Below the pieces are notes generated by a model. That model did not search any database. It saw nothing but the letters and a program-made list of their open reading frames with translations, and was not told the origin of the DNA. 64,000 bases of DNA from Malacoraja senta (Eukaryota), in assembly GCA_038087875.1 (NCBI GenBank), contig JAXLNO010000438.1:434001-498000 (forward strand), written 5' to 3'. This document shows, piece after piece, positions 60,354 to 64,000 of the stretch (its first letter is position 1; each line of letters opens with the position of its first letter). The translations under genes and the position numbers were made by a program.

Positions 60354-62697
60354 CAAGTCAAGTCAAGTCAAGTCAAGAGAGTTTATTGTCATGTGTCCCA
60401 GATAGGACAATGAAATTCTTGCTTGTTGCAGCACAACAGAATACTGTAAGCAAATATACAGAACAGTTCAGTTCAATTTACACATAAATATGCAGATAAA
60501 GTGCAATGGGCTGTTATAGTTCAGAGTCTGTTTGTTGGCGAGTTTAATAGCCTGATGGCTGTGGGGAAGCAGCTGTTCCTGAACCTGGATGTAACAGATT
60601 TCAGGCTCCTGTACCTTCTGCCCGATGTAGCGGAGAGATGAGTGTGTGGCCAGGATGGTGTGGCTCCTTGATGATGTTGGCTGCCTTTTTGAGGCAGCGA
60701 CTGCGATAGATCCCTTCGATGGTGGGGAGGTCAGAGCCGATGATGAACTGAGCAGTGGTCACAACTGCTGCATGCTTTTCCGCTCCTGGATGCCGAATCA
60801 AGCCACGATGCAACCAGTCAGCATGCTCTCTACTGTGCACGTGTAGAAGTTCGAGAGAGTCCTCTTTGACATACCGACTCTCCGTAATCTTCTCAGGAAG
60901 TAGAGGCGCTGATGTGCTTTCTTTATAATTGCATCAGTGTGCTGGGACCAGGAAAGATCTTCAGAAATGTGCACGCCCAGGAATTTGAAGTTCTTGACCC
61001 TTTCCACCATTGATATAAACGGGATTGTGGCTCCCTATCCTACCCCTTCCAAAGTCCACAATCAGTTCCTTGGTTTTGCTGGTGTTGAGCCAGTTATTGT
61101 GCTGGCACCATTTGGTCAATCGGCCGATCTCACCTATACTCTGACTCGTCCCCATCAGTGATTTGTCCCACAACAGTGGTGTCGTCGGCGAACTTGATGA
61201 TGGAGTTCGCACTATGTCCGGCTACGCAGTCATGAGTATAGAGTGAGTTAAGCAGAGGGCTGAGCATGCAGCCTTGAGGTGCTCACCTGCAGATCGTTAT
61301 CGAGGATGACACATTTCCACCAATACTGACAGACTGTGGTCTGTGGATGAGGAAGTCGAGGATCCAGTTGCAGAGGGATGCGCAGAGACCCAGATCTGAG
61401 AGCTTGGTAACCAGCTTGGAGGGGATGATGGTATTAAATGCCGAGCTGTAGTCAATGAATAACAGCCTGACATATGAGTTTTTGTTGTCCAAGTGGTCCA
61501 GAGCGGAGTGGAGAGCCAGTGAGATCGCATCCACCATTGATCTGTTATGGCGGTAAGCGAATTGCAGTGGGTCGAGGTTCTTGTCGAGGTAGGAGTTGAT
61601 ATGCGCCGTAATCAACCTCTCAAAGCACTTCATCACCATAGACGTTAGTGCCACTGGTCGATAGTCATTGAGGCACGTCACCTTGCTCTTCTTGGGCAAG
61701 GTATTATTGATGCCCTTTTAAAGCAGGTGGGAACCTCAGACCTCAGAAGTGAGAGGTTGAAAATGTCCGTAAAACCTCCAGCCAGTTGGTCCGCCCAGGT
61801 TTTTAGAACACGACCGGGTATACCATCAGGTCCAGGCGCTTTCCGAGGGTTCACCCCACTGAAGGATCTTCTGACGTCGGACTCCGTGACTGTGACTGAA
61901 ATACCGTCACGGCAAAGGGGGCTCGGGAAGGCATATCAGTGTTCTCCCTATCAAAACGTGCGTAAAACGCATTGAGCTCGTCAGGGAGTGATGTTTCGCT
62001 GACATTTGAGCTGCCTCCTGATTTCGCCTTGTAGGAGGTGATGGCATTCAAGCCCTGCCACAGTTGCCGAACATCCGTCTCATCCTCCAGCTTGGAGCAG
62101 AAGCCCCTTTTGGCCTTTTTGATGGCCTTACCAAGGTCGTATCTGGACTTCTTGTAGACCTCCGTATCTCCAGACCTGAATGCCCAGGATCTGGACTTCA
62201 GAAGAGTGCGGATCTCATGGTTCATCCAAGGCTTCTGGTTAGGAAACATTCGGAAGGTTTTTGTTGGGATGCAGTCCTCCACACATTTCTTTATGAAGTC
62301 TGTAACGACTGTGGCGTATTCGTTCAGGTCCGTAGCCGAGTCCCTGAACATTGCCCAGTCTACAAACTCCAAACAGTCCTGGAGTTGTTCCTCTGCCCCC
62401 TCCCACCCCCCCCCCCCCCCGCCCCCTGACCAGCTCTGTACAATCCTCACCTCTGGGGGTGCGCTCAGTAATTGCTGCCTGTAGGCAGGAAGAAGCAGCA
62501 CTGCAGTATGGTCGGATTTACCAAAGTGAGGGCGAGGGATAGAGCGAAAGGCGTCTTTGATGGTCGTGTAGCAGTGGTCGAGGGTGTTTGATCCTCTGGT
62601 GCTGCAGGAGACATGTTGGTTGAAGTTAGGGAGCGATTTCTTAAGGTTGGCTTTGTTGAAGTCCCCGGCTATGGTGATAAATGCCTCGGGGTAAACC
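60354..62697 (-). mobile_element. 5'-truncated, frameshifted Rex1/Babar LINE (APE C-terminus + RT)
   Basis: [66 protein letters not shown]; (CAAGT)n tail. Confidence 0.92.
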
Positions 62698-64000
62698 TCG
62701 GGGCAATCAATTTGTGACAAGCCAACCTATCCAGGAAATTCTATCACTCACATTCAAGTTTCAGCCTGCAAGTCAGGCCAGTTTATAATTCAACCACATA
62801 CATCAACAGTTCTTCACATCTAGTTTAATGATCATTATAAGTTAGGTAAAGCTCCAGTACAACCCTTTTTTGTTGGCTGAACTTGCCACTGGTTGAAGAT
62901 AGCAAGTCTCACACAAATTAAGGACAAGGTTTTTCATTTGCTAATAAACAAAAATAGTGCCATTGATAGCAGCAATTTATTTTTTCTTCTGCAAAGAGTA
63001 TGTGTTCATGATTTTTTGATTTTGCATCTCATACTAAATAGCAGCACTTCTGGCCTATTACTGGTCCTTGGGAAACATGAGTTGTTGGTTGGTATTTAGA
63101 CTGCAGCATTTTCCCTTTTTATACCAAATCCCTTGACGACAGGTTGTAAGTTCTTTCTCCCCGAGATTTTTCTCCAATCAGAAATATGCAGTGGATGGGT
63201 TTCCTTTGTCTGTAATTTACTTGTGAAAGTAACAGGGTTTACAACAATACCGGAAATTATTTTGTTCTTGTTAATTGTTCTTGTTATCATTAATACATTA
63301 TATTAAGCATACAAAAACTATCATTCACATGAAATAAACATTAAATATTATGTTTCATTGTTATCTGAACTCCCTTTCTTGTCTCTTTGTCAAGCACTCT
63401 GACTGACCTGCCAATTAAATGCTTAGACTGAAGAAGGAGTTGGTAATATCACTTAATTCACTAACTGTGGATAAGAATTATTGATAAAATCTTCTCTCTG
63501 GTGCAACTCCTCAGCCAAGAAATTGGAATAGTGGTAATGGCAAGTGATGGGAGTAGTGGACTGGAGGTGAAATTACTGGCTAGGTTTGTCGATAACGAGA
63601 CATTAGTTCAGATCCTAGCATGACTATGGGGGATTTAAAGGTAGCTTAACAGTGCTTATGTGAATGTCCGATTTGTCAACTGTCTGCACTTATGTTCGTT
63701 TTACCTTGGTTGTGAGTAGATTATAAAACTGAGATTGGTAGCGTCATTAATCTAGTTGTCCTCCAGCACCAGGCCAGGAGTGATGAGGCTACTGATTTTG
63801 TGTTCTCGGCCAACCACTACTTGTTGTGCTCTAGCCATTACCAAGACCTTTAGGTTCACCTGGATCACCACAGAGGCAAGAGGATTGTCTAAGTGAGACC
63901 TCGGGAAATAATGAGATCTTTGTCTCTGTATAGGATGGGAGAGCAATGCTACAAAGCCTGATGTATTACATTACCTGACAATCAATGTCAACCATACCTT

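Overview
Vertebrate genomic DNA, not microbial. The repeat content (HE1/V-type tRNA SINEs, HER1/CR1 LINEs, Rex1/Babar, Penelope-like repeats) suggests a cartilaginous fish, probably a skate or ray (inference). The only host gene I can support is neurl1b (Neuralized E3 ubiquitin ligase 1B) on the minus strand. Coding exon 1 (49122-49092, MGNSVQKTHA) lies in a CpG island. It is followed by a 39.6-kb intron, exon 2 (9520-8960, NHR1), a 5.4-kb intron and exon 3 (3599-2892, NHR2). All junctions are phase 1 and GT-AG. I found no RING-encoding 3' exons, so they presumably lie beyond the left edge. The rest is intronic or upstream DNA dense with transposons. Main points of interest: (1) about 15 copies of a Penelope-derived terminal repeat carrying a minimal hammerhead-ribozyme core (CUGAAGA-hairpin-GAAA-CG-UC), tied to Penelope by adjoining ORF remnants; (2) a non-autonomous Helitron with a duplicated 5' end carrying a promoter-like module; (3) a nested DNA-transposon structure in which a 7-bp-TSD element encloses a hAT that carries a first-exon-like CpG-rich fragment; (4) two GC-rich retroposons that share a hairpin but end in different LINE tails; (5) a young Vingi-like LINE; (6) stacked uORFs ahead of the neurl1b start. 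Repeat family names come from recalled motifs, not database searches, and boundaries of old repeats are approximate.
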